64,000 nucleotides of DNA from Escherichia phage ELT1, in sequence record MZ892903.1, one strand, 5' to 3'. This document shows, piece after piece, positions 48,593 to 59,161 of this stretch. Each line of letters begins with the position of its first letter. Position 1 is the first letter of the stretch. A program made the position numbers and the translations under genes. The notes under the pieces were generated by a model that was not told the DNA's origin, made no database searches, and worked only from the letters and a program-made list of their open reading frames with translations.

Positions 48593-49683
48593 CGTTATGT
48601 TCGATTGAGCTCGCTAATTCTCAACCCGTTCTCTTATGAACTGCTACATATTACTATGCAGACCAGACTATATCACAATCCCAGAGGGATTCTCCCCATT
48701 TCGAGTCGCTTGACCCTACGTCCGAAGACTAGTCGTTGAACCTTGCTTTGCAATTGTCGCCGTGCCATCGTTTATATGTTGATGGTGATAAATCTTTCTT
48801 ATCACAATATGGACAATTCAATTGAATTCTATTTGGATTTAATTTACATCTGTCATTATGTTTTAGATAAAATCCAGGACCTTTACCAATGTGACCGCAG
48901 AAATCACATGTGATTTCTTTTTGTGCAGGATGGGTCCCGTTCTTAACCATTTCTAATGTTTTTGCTGATGTTCTTTTCTTATGGTCTTCTGACAAGAAAT
49001 GATGTGAACCATCATTTACCCGTTTTGATTGAGTTTCTGACTGCATTTTACCACCGCAAAATACATGAGTACCTTCTTTTATAGCTGCAATATTGCGTTC
49101 TTTAACTTTTGCAATATGCTCAGCTTGTTGAAAATTATGTATACCTAATGCAACTCTATTTAAATTAGATTTACGCTGTATTTCACCGTCTAAAAGATGA
49201 AATGTACCATTTTCTATCTTAGATTTAATAGAGGCAATATTTTTAGCTCGTACTTCAGGGATATTAAAAATCTGGATTTCTCTAGATTTTGCAGCTTTAG
49301 AAGCTAATTCAGAAATTTCTTCAGGAGAATATTTCATTCTAAGCTTTATAGCATGACAAGCCTGGTAATCTTTTTGAGCTAAATGTATATCATAATGTTC
49401 CTGTATAGAAAGGCACATCAAATTATCTAAATCATTATTTTCACGGTTACCGTCTTTATGATGGATTTCGTATGTTCTTCCATCAGAATCTTTAGGTATA
49501 GGTCCGTTAGCATCTATCCAAATTTTTCTATAGTTCAATTGTGCATCCTCTTAAAAGTATAATCATATTTATATTATACTAATTAAAGGTGCAAGCAAAA
49601 CCTTGGCTGCTAGTTTTCCTATAAAGGACTTTCCAGCAATTAAAGGAGTTTTCGATAAACGTTACCGTTTAAAGGCGCATTTT
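48593..49683 (-). ncRNA. group I self-splicing intron in nrdB (1091 nt), boundaries inferred
   Basis: In-frame stop right after exon 1; conserved core elements shared with td intron (cagactatatc..., cgtttcgagtc.cttgaccctac); splicing at the inferred sites creates a Cys codon and a continuous R2-like sequence. Confidence 0.7.
48729..49538 (-). CDS. intron-encoded HNH homing endonuclease (I-TevIII-like, full length)
   Basis: 269 aa, motif YEIHHKDGNRENNDLDNLMCLSIQEHYDIH; TTG start after AAGAGGA. Confidence 0.8.
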   Translation of the reverse strand: MNYRKIWIDANGPIPKDSDGRTYEIHHKDGNRENNDLDNLMCLSIQEHYDIHLAQKDYQACHAIKLRMKYSPEEISELASKAAKSREIQIFNIPEVRAKNIASIKSKIENGTFHLLDGEIQRKSNLNRVALGIHNFQQAEHIAKVKERNIAAIKEGTHVFCGGKMQSETQSKRVNDGSHHFLSEDHKKRTSAKTLEMVKNGTHPAQKEITCDFCGHIGKGPGFYLKHNDRCKLNPNRIQLNCPYCDKKDLSPSTYKRWHGDNCKARFND

Positions 49684-50359
49684 ACGCAAAAGATACATAA
49701 AAACGAATAGCTTCTAAGGCATTAATAACGTGTAAACAGAGGTAAAGAGACTTCATTAAAGCACGTTTAGCTTCGGCTTCTTGTTTAATAGCTCGGTTTA
49801 AACGAAAGTCGGCATCAGGAGATTCTTTAGCTAGTTCTACAAATTCTTTAGCATTTTCCCATTCACGGGTTTTAACCAAGACATCATCATAATAGCGACC
49901 GATAGATTCAGCACGTTTCATGATAGCTTCATCTAATACAATCTCATCAAATACCTTCGATGGATCAGTATAAAGATTTCGCATGATATGAGTATATGAA
50001 CGGCTGTGAATAGTTTCACTAAAAGTCCATGTAGCAACCCATGTATCAAGACTTGGGTCTGAAATTAATGACATAAGTACTGCAGACGGTGCACGACCCT
50101 GAATGCTATCTAGAAGTGATTGATACTTCAGGTTATTAGTAAAAATATCTTGCTGATATTGAGGAAGCTTGTTAAATTGTGCAGCATCCATCATCAAGTT
50201 TACTTCTTCAGGACGCCAGAAAAAACTGATCTGCCGCTCAATGAGTTCTTCAAATACTCGATGTCGTTGAATATCATATCGAGCTAAACCTAATCCAGAA
50301 CCAAAGAACATCGGTTCATTCAAAACATCAACTGGATTTGTATTAAAAACTGTACTCAT
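49684..50359 (-). CDS. nrdB: ribonucleotide reductase small subunit NrdB, exon 1
   Basis: 225 codons ending ...ALEAIRFYVSFA. Confidence 0.85.
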
Positions 50360-51054
50360 TTAGAATCCTTAAATTTACATTTATCATAATGCCATCTTAA
50401 AGCATTGCCTTTATTAACTTTCTTACCACAGTGCGGGCAAGGTGGATACTCTGCTCCTTGTTTAGTTCTCAAAGAAATCAAATCACGGGTTTCTTTAGTA
50501 TGAGGAACATCTCTTGTCGGAGAAATTGTACCATACATTGGATTAAGCACGCCGACTTTAGCAGCAGCTATATTCTTTTTAGCTTCTTCAGTTTTAGGCT
50601 TTCTCATCTTTTTCTTAGTTTCTTCGCTTTTAGCCCTTCCTTTGGTTGCCGCCGATATTTTGTGTTTGGTTTCTTCTGTTAAACGCAGACCTGTTTTCGC
50701 TTTTGACATTTTCAGTCTCGTTTCTTCAGAAATGACCGTACCTTTGCGAAATTGTGAATTTAACTTCTTTGCATGGGCATATATCTTAGAATGAACTTTA
50801 TAATGACGTTTCTTAGTTCCTTTCATATTGCACATCATGAAAAATGCGAATATAACAGATTTTACCGGATAAATCTTTGATAAAATAGCATGCGCTATAA
50901 AATGTTCTCTGGCTGTTAATTCAACTAAATTTTCCTTATCATCAGAACCTCCCATACATCTAGGGATTATATGATGTGTCTCTTTATATTCTGATAAAGA
51001 TTCCCGAGCCTGAGCTCGGGAAATTAGGTCATTATAGATTTTTTGATAATTCAT
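50356..51054 (-). CDS. mobE: free-standing HNH homing endonuclease (MobE-like) between nrdA and nrdB
   Basis: 232 aa, motif THHIIPRCMGGSDDKENLVELTAREHFIAH, C-terminal CPHCG zinc motif. Confidence 0.8.
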   Translation of the reverse strand: MNYQKIYNDLISRAQARESLSEYKETHHIIPRCMGGSDDKENLVELTAREHFIAHAILSKIYPVKSVIFAFFMMCNMKGTKKRHYKVHSKIYAHAKKLNSQFRKGTVISEETRLKMSKAKTGLRLTEETKHKISAATKGRAKSEETKKKMRKPKTEEAKKNIAAAKVGVLNPMYGTISPTRDVPHTKETRDLISLRTKQGAEYPPCPHCGKKVNKGNALRWHYDKCKFKDSK

Positions 51055-53318
51055 TACAATTTACACGCTGCGCAATCATCGGCTTTTGGAGTTTCTATTT
51101 CGTAATCATCAGTACCGGAACCATCACGAGTATTATGATAATAGAAGCTTTTAATGCCATAATACCATCCGTATAGCATGTCATCAATCATTACAGACAT
51201 TGGAACCTTTCCTTTTGGAAAAATCTGCGGGTCATAATATGTATTCGCTGAAGCTGATTGACATACCCATTTCAGCATAATAGCTACTTGCGTAAGATAA
51301 GGTTTATTACCTTTTTTAGCTAATTTCCACGTATAATCATACAGGTCTATGTTATGCTCAATATTGGGCACGACTTGATTAAAGGAGCCCTCTTTTGATT
51401 CTTTAACAGAGACTGGTCCACGTGGAGGCTCGATACCGTTTGTACTGTTAGAAACTTGGGAAGATGACTCACATGGCATAAGTGCTGATAATGTGCTATT
51501 ACGGATGCCAAAGAGCTTAAGGTCTTCCCGCAGCGACGACCAGTCACAAACGTATTTTGGAGCTGCGATTTGGTCAATCTTTTTATTGTACCAGTCGATA
51601 GGTAATTCGCCTCGAGACCAACGAGTGTCTGAATAATATTCGCAAGGTCCTTTTTCTTTGGCGAGCTTAATGGATGCTTTAATGAGTCCATACTGTAATC
51701 TCTCAAATAGTTCATGTGTTAAATCGTTAGCATCTTCATAAGAAGCAAAATTACTTGCCAGCCAAGCTGCATAGTTAGTAACACCTACGCCAAGGTTTCG
51801 ACGCTTTTTAGCTTTTTCTGCTTCAGGAACTGGATATCCTTGGTAGTCCAAAAGATTATCAAGAGCACGAACTTGGACTTCTGCCAATTCATTAATTTTA
51901 TCTTGGTCTTGCCAATCGAAGTTATCCAACACAAATGCGCTAAGGGTACACAATCCAATTTCAGCATCAGGGCTATTCACATCATTTGTTGGAATAGCAA
52001 TTTCACAGCACAAGTTACTCTGACGAATAGGTGCCTTTTCACGAATAAACGGAGTATAGTTATTCGTATTATCAATGAACTGTACATAAATCCTTGCTGT
52101 TCCTGATCGTTCAGTCATGAGCAATTCAAATAGTTCACGGGCTTTAATACGCTTTTTACGAATATTAGGATCTTTTTCTGCTGCTTCGTATAATTCACGG
52201 AAACGGTCTTGGTCTTTAAAATAAGAATAATAAAGTTCGCCACCCATTTCATGTGGACTAAACAAAGTAATGTAATCGTTCTTTCCAAAACGTTCCATCA
52301 TCAAATCATTCAGTTGAACGCCATAATCCATATGACGGATACGGTTTTCTTCTACGCCTTTGTTATTTTTCAAAACGAGAAGATTTTCAACTTCCAAATG
52401 CCAAATAGGATAATAAGCAGTAGCAGCGCCGCCACGAATTCCACCCTGTGAGCATGATTTAACAGCAGTCTGAAAATGTTTCCAAAAAGGAATAACACCA
52501 GTATGGCGTACTTCACCCATGCCAATCTTAGAACCTTCGGCACGAATCATACCAACGTTAATACCAATTCCAGCGCGTTTGGAGATATATTCAACAATTG
52601 AAGCGGAAGCCTTATTGATAGACTTTAATGAATCACCTGCCTCAATAACAACGCATGAACTAAACTGTCGAGTCGGAGTACGACAGCCAGCCATAATAGG
52701 AGTTGGCAATGAAATCTGTCGAGTAGATACTGCTTCATAAAAACGAATAACATGTTTTAATCTATCAACAGGTTCATCTTGATGCAATGCCATTCCAATA
52801 GTCATAAATGCAAACTGTGGAGTTTCATAAATTTGACCAGTGGTTTTATCTTTAACTAGATATTTTTCTTTTAATTGCATCGCCCCGGAATAAGTAAATT
52901 CCATATCCCGCTCGTGCTTAATTTTTGATTCTAAAAATGTAATTTCTTCTGCTGAATATTTTGACAGCAGTTCAGGGTCATATTTACCTTCATTTACACA
53001 GTAAGAAATATGGTCAATAAATGAACGTGGTTCATACTGCCCATAAACATGCTTACGAAGAGCGAACATTAAACAGCGAGCGGCTACATATTGGTAATCA
53101 GGCTCTTCAACCGAAATAGAATTCGCAGCAGCCTTAATGACAATAGTCTGAATATCATCAGTTGTCATTCCATCACGGAGATAAGATTTAATATTTTCAT
53201 ATAATTCATAAGGATCTACTGATGTTCCTTCAGCTGCCCAAGATAAAACTTTAATAATTTTTTGCGGGTCAAAGCTCTGAGAAACACCACTACTTTTGAT
53301 AACATTAATTAATTGCAT
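51054..53318 (-). CDS. nrdA: ribonucleotide reductase large subunit NrdA
   Basis: 754 aa, class Ia R1 features. Confidence 0.95.
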   Translation of the reverse strand: MQLINVIKSSGVSQSFDPQKIIKVLSWAAEGTSVDPYELYENIKSYLRDGMTTDDIQTIVIKAAANSISVEEPDYQYVAARCLMFALRKHVYGQYEPRSFIDHISYCVNEGKYDPELLSKYSAEEITFLESKIKHERDMEFTYSGAMQLKEKYLVKDKTTGQIYETPQFAFMTIGMALHQDEPVDRLKHVIRFYEAVSTRQISLPTPIMAGCRTPTRQFSSCVVIEAGDSLKSINKASASIVEYISKRAGIGINVGMIRAEGSKIGMGEVRHTGVIPFWKHFQTAVKSCSQGGIRGGAATAYYPIWHLEVENLLVLKNNKGVEENRIRHMDYGVQLNDLMMERFGKNDYITLFSPHEMGGELYYSYFKDQDRFRELYEAAEKDPNIRKKRIKARELFELLMTERSGTARIYVQFIDNTNNYTPFIREKAPIRQSNLCCEIAIPTNDVNSPDAEIGLCTLSAFVLDNFDWQDQDKINELAEVQVRALDNLLDYQGYPVPEAEKAKKRRNLGVGVTNYAAWLASNFASYEDANDLTHELFERLQYGLIKASIKLAKEKGPCEYYSDTRWSRGELPIDWYNKKIDQIAAPKYVCDWSSLREDLKLFGIRNSTLSALMPCESSSQVSNSTNGIEPPRGPVSVKESKEGSFNQVVPNIEHNIDLYDYTWKLAKKGNKPYLTQVAIMLKWVCQSASANTYYDPQIFPKGKVPMSVMIDDMLYGWYYGIKSFYYHNTRDGSGTDDYEIETPKADDCAACKL

Positions 53319-53448
53319 AAGTCCTCAACTTGAAAATCGTCTTTAAACAGTCGGTTAACTATATGAGCTATTATATCACCATGACACGGCTTTGGTTTAC
53401 ATGTGCATCCTAGCCTCATTCCACGTAAAGGCTCTAAATGTGCTTTAG

Positions 53449-53634
53449 TTATTTCTCCGGATTTAATTCGACGTATAAAATCTTTTTTGAATAATTCAAT
53501 GGCAGCCTCCCGGCTGCCAGCATCTTTACCGACGTAAAGGCTCTAAATGTACCACGGTGAATATTAACATCAAAGTCGGATTTGTATTTATTCACTACCT
53601 GACATAGACGGCCCGCGCGGTAATAATTCGTCAT
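53449..53634 (-). CDS. hypothetical small ORF (overlaps next ORF by 47 nt; weak)
   Basis: 61-aa ORF containing one copy of a 19-bp repeat. Confidence 0.3.
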   Translation of the reverse strand: MTNYYRAGRLCQVVNKYKSDFDVNIHRGTFRAFTSVKMLAAGRLPLNYSKKILYVELNPEK

Positions 53635-53863
53635 ATTGTTGTTCCGTTAAAACAGTAATATCATAGTAACAATCTGAAGAAGTTTTAACTGTAGAAATTT
53701 TATTATCAAAATACTCACGAGTCATTTTATGAGTATAATATTTTTTGCCATAAATGATAATAGGCTGATTTGGTCCTGGAACTTCTAACTCACTTGGATT
53801 AGGAAGTGTAAAAAGAACTACACCAGAAGTATCTTTAAATCGTAAAATCATATATCCTCGCAA
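53588..53863 (-). CDS. hypothetical protein (nrdA.1/nrdA.2-like position)
   Basis: 91-aa ORF between td and nrdA. Confidence 0.5.
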   Translation of the reverse strand: MRGYMILRFKDTSGVVLFTLPNPSELEVPGPNQPIIIYGKKYYTHKMTREYFDNKISTVKTSSDCYYDITVLTEQQYDELLPRGPSMSGSE

Positions 53864-53874
53864 TTAAATTAAAA

Positions 53875-54186
53875 TTACACCGCCATTTTTCCTTTCAAGA
53901 CACCGTGGGATTGATAATCTTTGAGAACGAAATCTTTAGGCCTGAGTTTAAGAATGTATTCCAATTGTTCTTTAGTAGAAAGATAGCGGAATTTATAAGG
54001 CAATCCGCCTATTACCAGTTCACATAGTTCTTTAGGCTCACGACGCAAAATTTCTTTACATTGTTCTACGTGATTCATATAGATATGAGTATTACCACCA
54101 GAAAATATCAAATCTCCTGGAATAAGATTACACATCTTAGCTACAATATGAACTAACGCAGCATATGATGCAATGTTGAACGGTAG
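53875..54186 (-). CDS. td: thymidylate synthase, exon 2
   Basis: Encodes LPFNIASYAALVHIV...KGKMAV; the intron's last three nucleotides read ATG. Confidence 0.9.
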   Translation of the reverse strand, partial: LPFNIASYAALVHIVAKMCNLIPGDLIFSGGNTHIYMNHVEQCKEILRREPKELCELVIGGLPYKFRYLSTKEQLEYILKLRPKDFVLKDYQSHGVLKGKMAV

Positions 54187-54333
54187 CATTATGTTCAGAT
54201 AAGGTCGTTAATCTTACCCCGGAATTATATCCAGCTGCATGTCACCATGCAGATCAGACTATATCTCCAACTTGTTAAAGCAAGTTGTCTATCGTTTCGA
54301 GTCACTTGACCCTACTCCCCAAAGGGATAGTCG

Positions 54334-55071
54334 TTAGGCATTTATGTAGAACCAATTCCATTTATCAGATTTTACACGATAAGTAACTAATCCAGACGAA
54401 ATTTTAAAATGTCTAGCTGCATCTGCTGCACAATCAAAAATAACCCCATCACATGAAATCTTTTTAATATTACTAGGCTTTTTACCTTTCATCTTTTCTG
54501 ATATTTTAGATTTAGTTATGTCTGAATGCTTATGATTAAAGAATGAATTATTTTCACCTGAACGATTTCTGCATTTACTACAAGTATAAGCAGAAGTTTG
54601 TATGCGAACACCGCACTTACAAAACTTATGGGTTTCTGGATTCCAACGCCCGTTTTTACTTCCGGGTTTACTGTAAAGAGCTTTCCGACCATCAGGTCCA
54701 AGTTTAAGCATCTTAGCTTTAACAGTTTCAGAACGTTTCTTAATAATTTCTTCTTTTAATGGATGCGTAGAACATGTATCACCAAACGTTGCATCAGCAA
54801 TATTGTATCCATTAATTTTAGAATTAAGCTCTTTAATCCAAAAATTTTCTCGTTCAATAATCAAATCTTTCTCATATGGAATTTCTTCCAAAATAGAACA
54901 TTCAAACACATTACCATGTTTGTTAAAAGACCTCTGAAGCTTTATAGAAGAATGGCATCCTTTTTCTAAATCTTTAAAATGCCTCTTCCATCTCTTTTCA
55001 AAATCTTTAGCACTTCCTACATATACTTTATTGTTTAAAGTATTTTTAATCTGATAAATTCCGCTTTTCAT
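54334..55071 (-). CDS. intron-encoded GIY-YIG homing endonuclease I-TevI
   Basis: 245 aa beginning MKSGIYQIKNTLNNKVYVGSAKDFEKRWKRHF. Confidence 0.9.
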   Translation of the reverse strand: MKSGIYQIKNTLNNKVYVGSAKDFEKRWKRHFKDLEKGCHSSIKLQRSFNKHGNVFECSILEEIPYEKDLIIERENFWIKELNSKINGYNIADATFGDTCSTHPLKEEIIKKRSETVKAKMLKLGPDGRKALYSKPGSKNGRWNPETHKFCKCGVRIQTSAYTCSKCRNRSGENNSFFNHKHSDITKSKISEKMKGKKPSNIKKISCDGVIFDCAADAARHFKISSGLVTYRVKSDKWNWFYINA

Positions 55072-55105
55072 AAATACCTCTTTAAATATAGAAGTATTTA
55101 TTAAA
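55072..55105 (-). promoter_or_regulatory. I-TevI upstream region: late-promoter-like AATAAATA and hairpin sequestering the GAGG SD
   Basis: minus strand ...TTTAATAAATACTTCTATATTTAAAGAGGTATTTATG; arms AAATACTTC / GAGGTATTT. Confidence 0.5.
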
Positions 55106-55202
55106 GGGCAGTCCTACAATTTAGCACGGGATTGTCTACTAGAGAGGTTCCCCGTTTAGATAGATTACAAGTATAAGTCACCTTATACTCAGGCCTCAAT
55201 TA

Positions 55203-55750
55203 ACCCAAGAAAACATCTACTGATCGTTGATACCACTGCAAATCCAAATATCCATTACGCACATTAAACTGATAAAACATATGACAAGGCGGTAATGACA
55301 TATATTTAAGTTCAGCTGGATTCCACGCAGAAACAATTTGACGCCTATCATTCGGCAGTTTTTTAATACGATCAACAACTTCTACAATTTGGTCTACACC
55401 GCCAAAATCACGCCATTGTTTTCCATAAATTGGACCAAGTTCACCGCTATGGTATCCTAAATCTTTTGCTTGATTTTCGTAATTTTCATCCCAGACTGTT
55501 TTGCCTTGAATTAATGAATCATGCTGAATTAATCGCAAATCATTGACATTTGTGCTTCCCGATAAAAACCATATTAGCTCAGCAATGCAAGCTTTCCAGG
55601 CGAGCTTCTTAGTCGTTACTGCAGGAAAACCTTTAGTTAAATCCCAGCGTAATTTAGTACCGAACAAAGCAATTGTTCCTGTGCCTGTTCGGTCATCGGT
55701 TTCATAACCGTTTTCCAGGATATCTTTAATTAAAAATTGGTATTGTTTCA

Positions 55751-55751
<1 letters not shown>
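55203..55751 (-). CDS. td: thymidylate synthase, exon 1
   Basis: Start at ATG 55751 (MKQYQFLIKDI...; track start is upstream TTG); 183 codons; ends ...QRSVDVFLG at 5' splice site. Confidence 0.9.
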
Positions 55752-56783
<1,032 letters not shown>

Positions 56784-56793
56784 ATTATTTTCC

Positions 56794-57036
56794 TTAAACA
56801 GACTTTTTCACAATTTTCCAATCAGCTTTAAACTGTTCAACGTCAGAATGGTAAATCCAGAATCCTGCGCTTTCTCCGTCTTCATAAAGAGGACATCCAT
56901 CGCATTCATCTTCCCATCCCATATCACGTAAAAGATGTTCAGCTTTTTCAACAAGTTCAGAATCTTTACCGATGATATTAAAATACCATTTACCTCTAAC
57001 TTCTGAATCTTTGATGCTCTGGCGTTGTAATCTCAT
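56794..57036 (-). CDS. hypothetical protein (frd.2-like)
   Basis: 80-aa ORF with GAGGAG SD downstream of predicted early promoter. Confidence 0.6.
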   Translation of the reverse strand: MRLQRQSIKDSEVRGKWYFNIIGKDSELVEKAEHLLRDMGWEDECDGCPLYEDGESAGFWIYHSDVEQFKADWKIVKKSV

Positions 57037-57058
57037 TTTATTCTCCTCAGTAGTTGAT

Positions 57059-57094
57059 AGGGTAATAGTATCACACTACTACCCTGCTGTAAAC
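57059..57094 (-). promoter_or_regulatory. predicted early promoter with -10 element inside a 6-bp inverted repeat
   Basis: minus strand GTTTAC-18 bp-TACTAT with TGa extension; arms agggta / taccct. Confidence 0.5.
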
Positions 57095-57096
57095 AA

Positions 57097-57390
57097 TTAT
57101 TTTTGAATTTTATCGAGCCACTTACCAAGCTTAATCATTTCTTTAGTAGCCTTTTCCATACTTCTGAACTTAACCAATAGAGGATAGGTATCGACACCCA
57201 TAACTAAACTGGTTACAAGACTGTGTTCACCCACAAGCCATAACGAATACGTTTGAATATCGAGTCCGTAATTTCTGTCTTTATGGACCCGTACACCCAT
57301 CACTTCAAATTTCTCACTAGCTTTTTCTACCGCATCCAGGAAATCATCTTTAGTCATATTAGGCCTTAAAAGTTTTTCGCAAAAGTTCAA
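57097..57390 (-). CDS. hypothetical protein (frd.3-like)
   Basis: 97-aa ORF. Confidence 0.55.
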   Translation of the reverse strand: MNFCEKLLRPNMTKDDFLDAVEKASEKFEVMGVRVHKDRNYGLDIQTYSLWLVGEHSLVTSLVMGVDTYPLLVKFRSMEKATKEMIKLGKWLDKIQK

Positions 57391-57745
57391 TGATTTCGTC
57401 TACATTATTTTCGTCAACAATGCAGTGAATTTTTGTTACGCCAGAAACTATACCTTCATTAGCGGATTGAGGCTTTTCTAAAGTTACCTCAGTAAAGTAT
57501 TTGAATTCTTCAGAGTAAATCTCAAAATACGTCTCAAGTGGGCCACCCGCCATGTATTCAGTACCATCTTCCATAGTTACACGTACCACACATTCACCAG
57601 CACAATCATCACTTTCCATTTCATCTACAACAAAACTAGGTCCGTGCTTCTCTATTAAATTTAGCATCATTACATTGCAACGGCACTCGTTAGCAAAGTC
57701 ATTTTTAAATAAAGGGTTAATGATATAAGTTTTTCCAACTTCCAC
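57359..57745 (-). CDS. hypothetical protein
   Basis: 128-aa ORF. Confidence 0.55.
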   Translation of the reverse strand: MEVGKTYIINPLFKNDFANECRCNVMMLNLIEKHGPSFVVDEMESDDCAGECVVRVTMEDGTEYMAGGPLETYFEIYSEEFKYFTEVTLEKPQSANEGIVSGVTKIHCIVDENNVDEIIELLRKTFKA

Positions 57746-57791
57746 TTTGATTTCCTCATTTTAACGGGGCTATCAAATAGCCCCTTGATAA

Positions 57792-58019
57792 TTATTGTTC
57801 AATCAGTCCCATGTAAAATTCTGCGTCTTCAGAATCCATGCCATCGCAATATTCATTAGCCATAAAGAGGGTGAGGTCTTCAAGAGGACCTTTAATAACG
57901 ATTTGAATACTCCAAAACTTAGAATCTTGCACGCTTGTGATACTAAGTTCAGGATAACGATTACGAATAATCTCTTCAATATATTCAAAATCAACGATGT
58001 CAATATCAACTTTAGCCAT
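57792..58019 (-). CDS. hypothetical acidic protein
   Basis: Start taken at internal ATG 58019 after AAGAGGAAA SD (75 aa). Confidence 0.5.
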   Translation of the reverse strand: MAKVDIDIVDFEYIEEIIRNRYPELSITSVQDSKFWSIQIVIKGPLEDLTLFMANEYCDGMDSEDAEFYMGLIEQ

Positions 58020-58122
58020 ATTATTTTCCTCTTTAATCATCAGCAGTATTGCCGATAGTTGTATAGTACCATGGAAGGACAAGGATGTAAACAGTTTTGT
58101 GAAAAAATTTTTGAAATAAAAA

Positions 58123-58141
58123 AGGGGACCTCTAGGGTCCC
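58123..58141 (-). terminator. rho-independent terminator after gene 32 (minus strand)
   Basis: ggggacc-tcta-gggtccc; long T-run follows on minus strand. Confidence 0.7.
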
Positions 58142-58164
58142 CAATTAATTAGTAATATAATCTA

Positions 58165-59070
58165 TTAAAGGTCATTCAAAAGGTCATCCAGGTCCGTGTC
58201 ATCAGCACTAGATGAACTGCCAGAGCTTGAGCTCATAAAATCATCTTCAGTTTTTGTTTTGAAGTCATCAACATTGAATGCATCCAAATCATCAGCAACT
58301 TTATCAGCTTTCTTAGCGGCAGTCGCTGCGGCACCACCCATAGCAGCAGTTCCCATAACTTGACTGAACTTAGTGCTCAGTTCTTCGAACGATTTGAATT
58401 TATCTTTAGAAGTCATTTCAGAAAGGTCAACCATTTGTTCGAACAGTTCTTTCTGGAAAGATTCATCATCAATGTTTGGAATCGCAGATTGATTCAGGAA
58501 TTTAGATTCGTCGTAGTTACTAAAACCAGAAACTTGTTTAACTTTCAGTACAAAGTTAGCACCTTCCCACGGACAAGTTACATCAACCGGAGTTTCACCC
58601 ATTTCAACATCAACCGCAATCATCGCGTTGATTTTATCCCAGATTTTCTTACCGAAACGGTATTTAAATACTTTACCTTCGTTTTCTGGAGCAGCCGGGT
58701 CTTTTACAACAAGAATATTAGCCCAGTAAGAAGTTTTACGTTTAACAAGACTGTACTCTTTATTGTCAGTGTTGTACAAATCATTTTTACTGATGTATTG
58801 ACATACTGGGCAAGAATCGTAATCACCGTGGGTAGATGAACATGTTTCAATATACCATTTACCATTTTTCTTGAAACCGTGATTTACAAGAATTGCGAAT
58901 GGTGCTTGTTCATCATTTTTAGACGGAAGAAAACGAATTACTGCTTGACCGTTACCCGCATTATCGAGTTTCAGTTTCCACTCGCCTTTATCTTCAGAAG
59001 AAAAACCTTTATTGCCATTCAGTTTAGCCATTTGTGCAGCGAGTTCAGCAGTAGATTTACGTTTAAACAT
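58165..59070 (-). CDS. 32: single-stranded DNA-binding protein gp32
   Basis: 301 aa, matches recalled T4 gp32 ([49 protein letters not shown]...). Confidence 0.95.
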
Positions 59071-59153
59071 TTTTATTTCCTTTTTAATTTAATTAACAGT
59101 TGGTGCTATGACGATGTATGACCTCATAGCTGGTCAGTGAGATAATTATAATT

Positions 59154-59161
59154 TATTTATA
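59154..59161 (-). promoter_or_regulatory. late promoter core TATAAATA (minus strand) in gene 32 leader
   Basis: plus-strand tatttata, about 85 nt upstream of gene 32 ATG. Confidence 0.45.

Larger units (their letters stand above)
54187..55202 (-). ncRNA. group I self-splicing intron in td (1016 nt)
   Basis: 5' end reads UAAUUGAGGCCUGAGUAUAAGGUGACUUAUACUUGUAAUCUAUCUAAACGGGGAACC on minus strand after exon ...CUUGGGU; length 1016 as recalled for T4. Confidence 0.9.

Noticed and set aside
48600-54330. Sequence similarity between 48600-48730 and 54190-54330, initially suspected to be a dispersed repeat or mobile-element end
   Set aside because: Both segments are the conserved catalytic core of group I introns (nrdB and td); the similarity is structural RNA conservation, not transposon termini.
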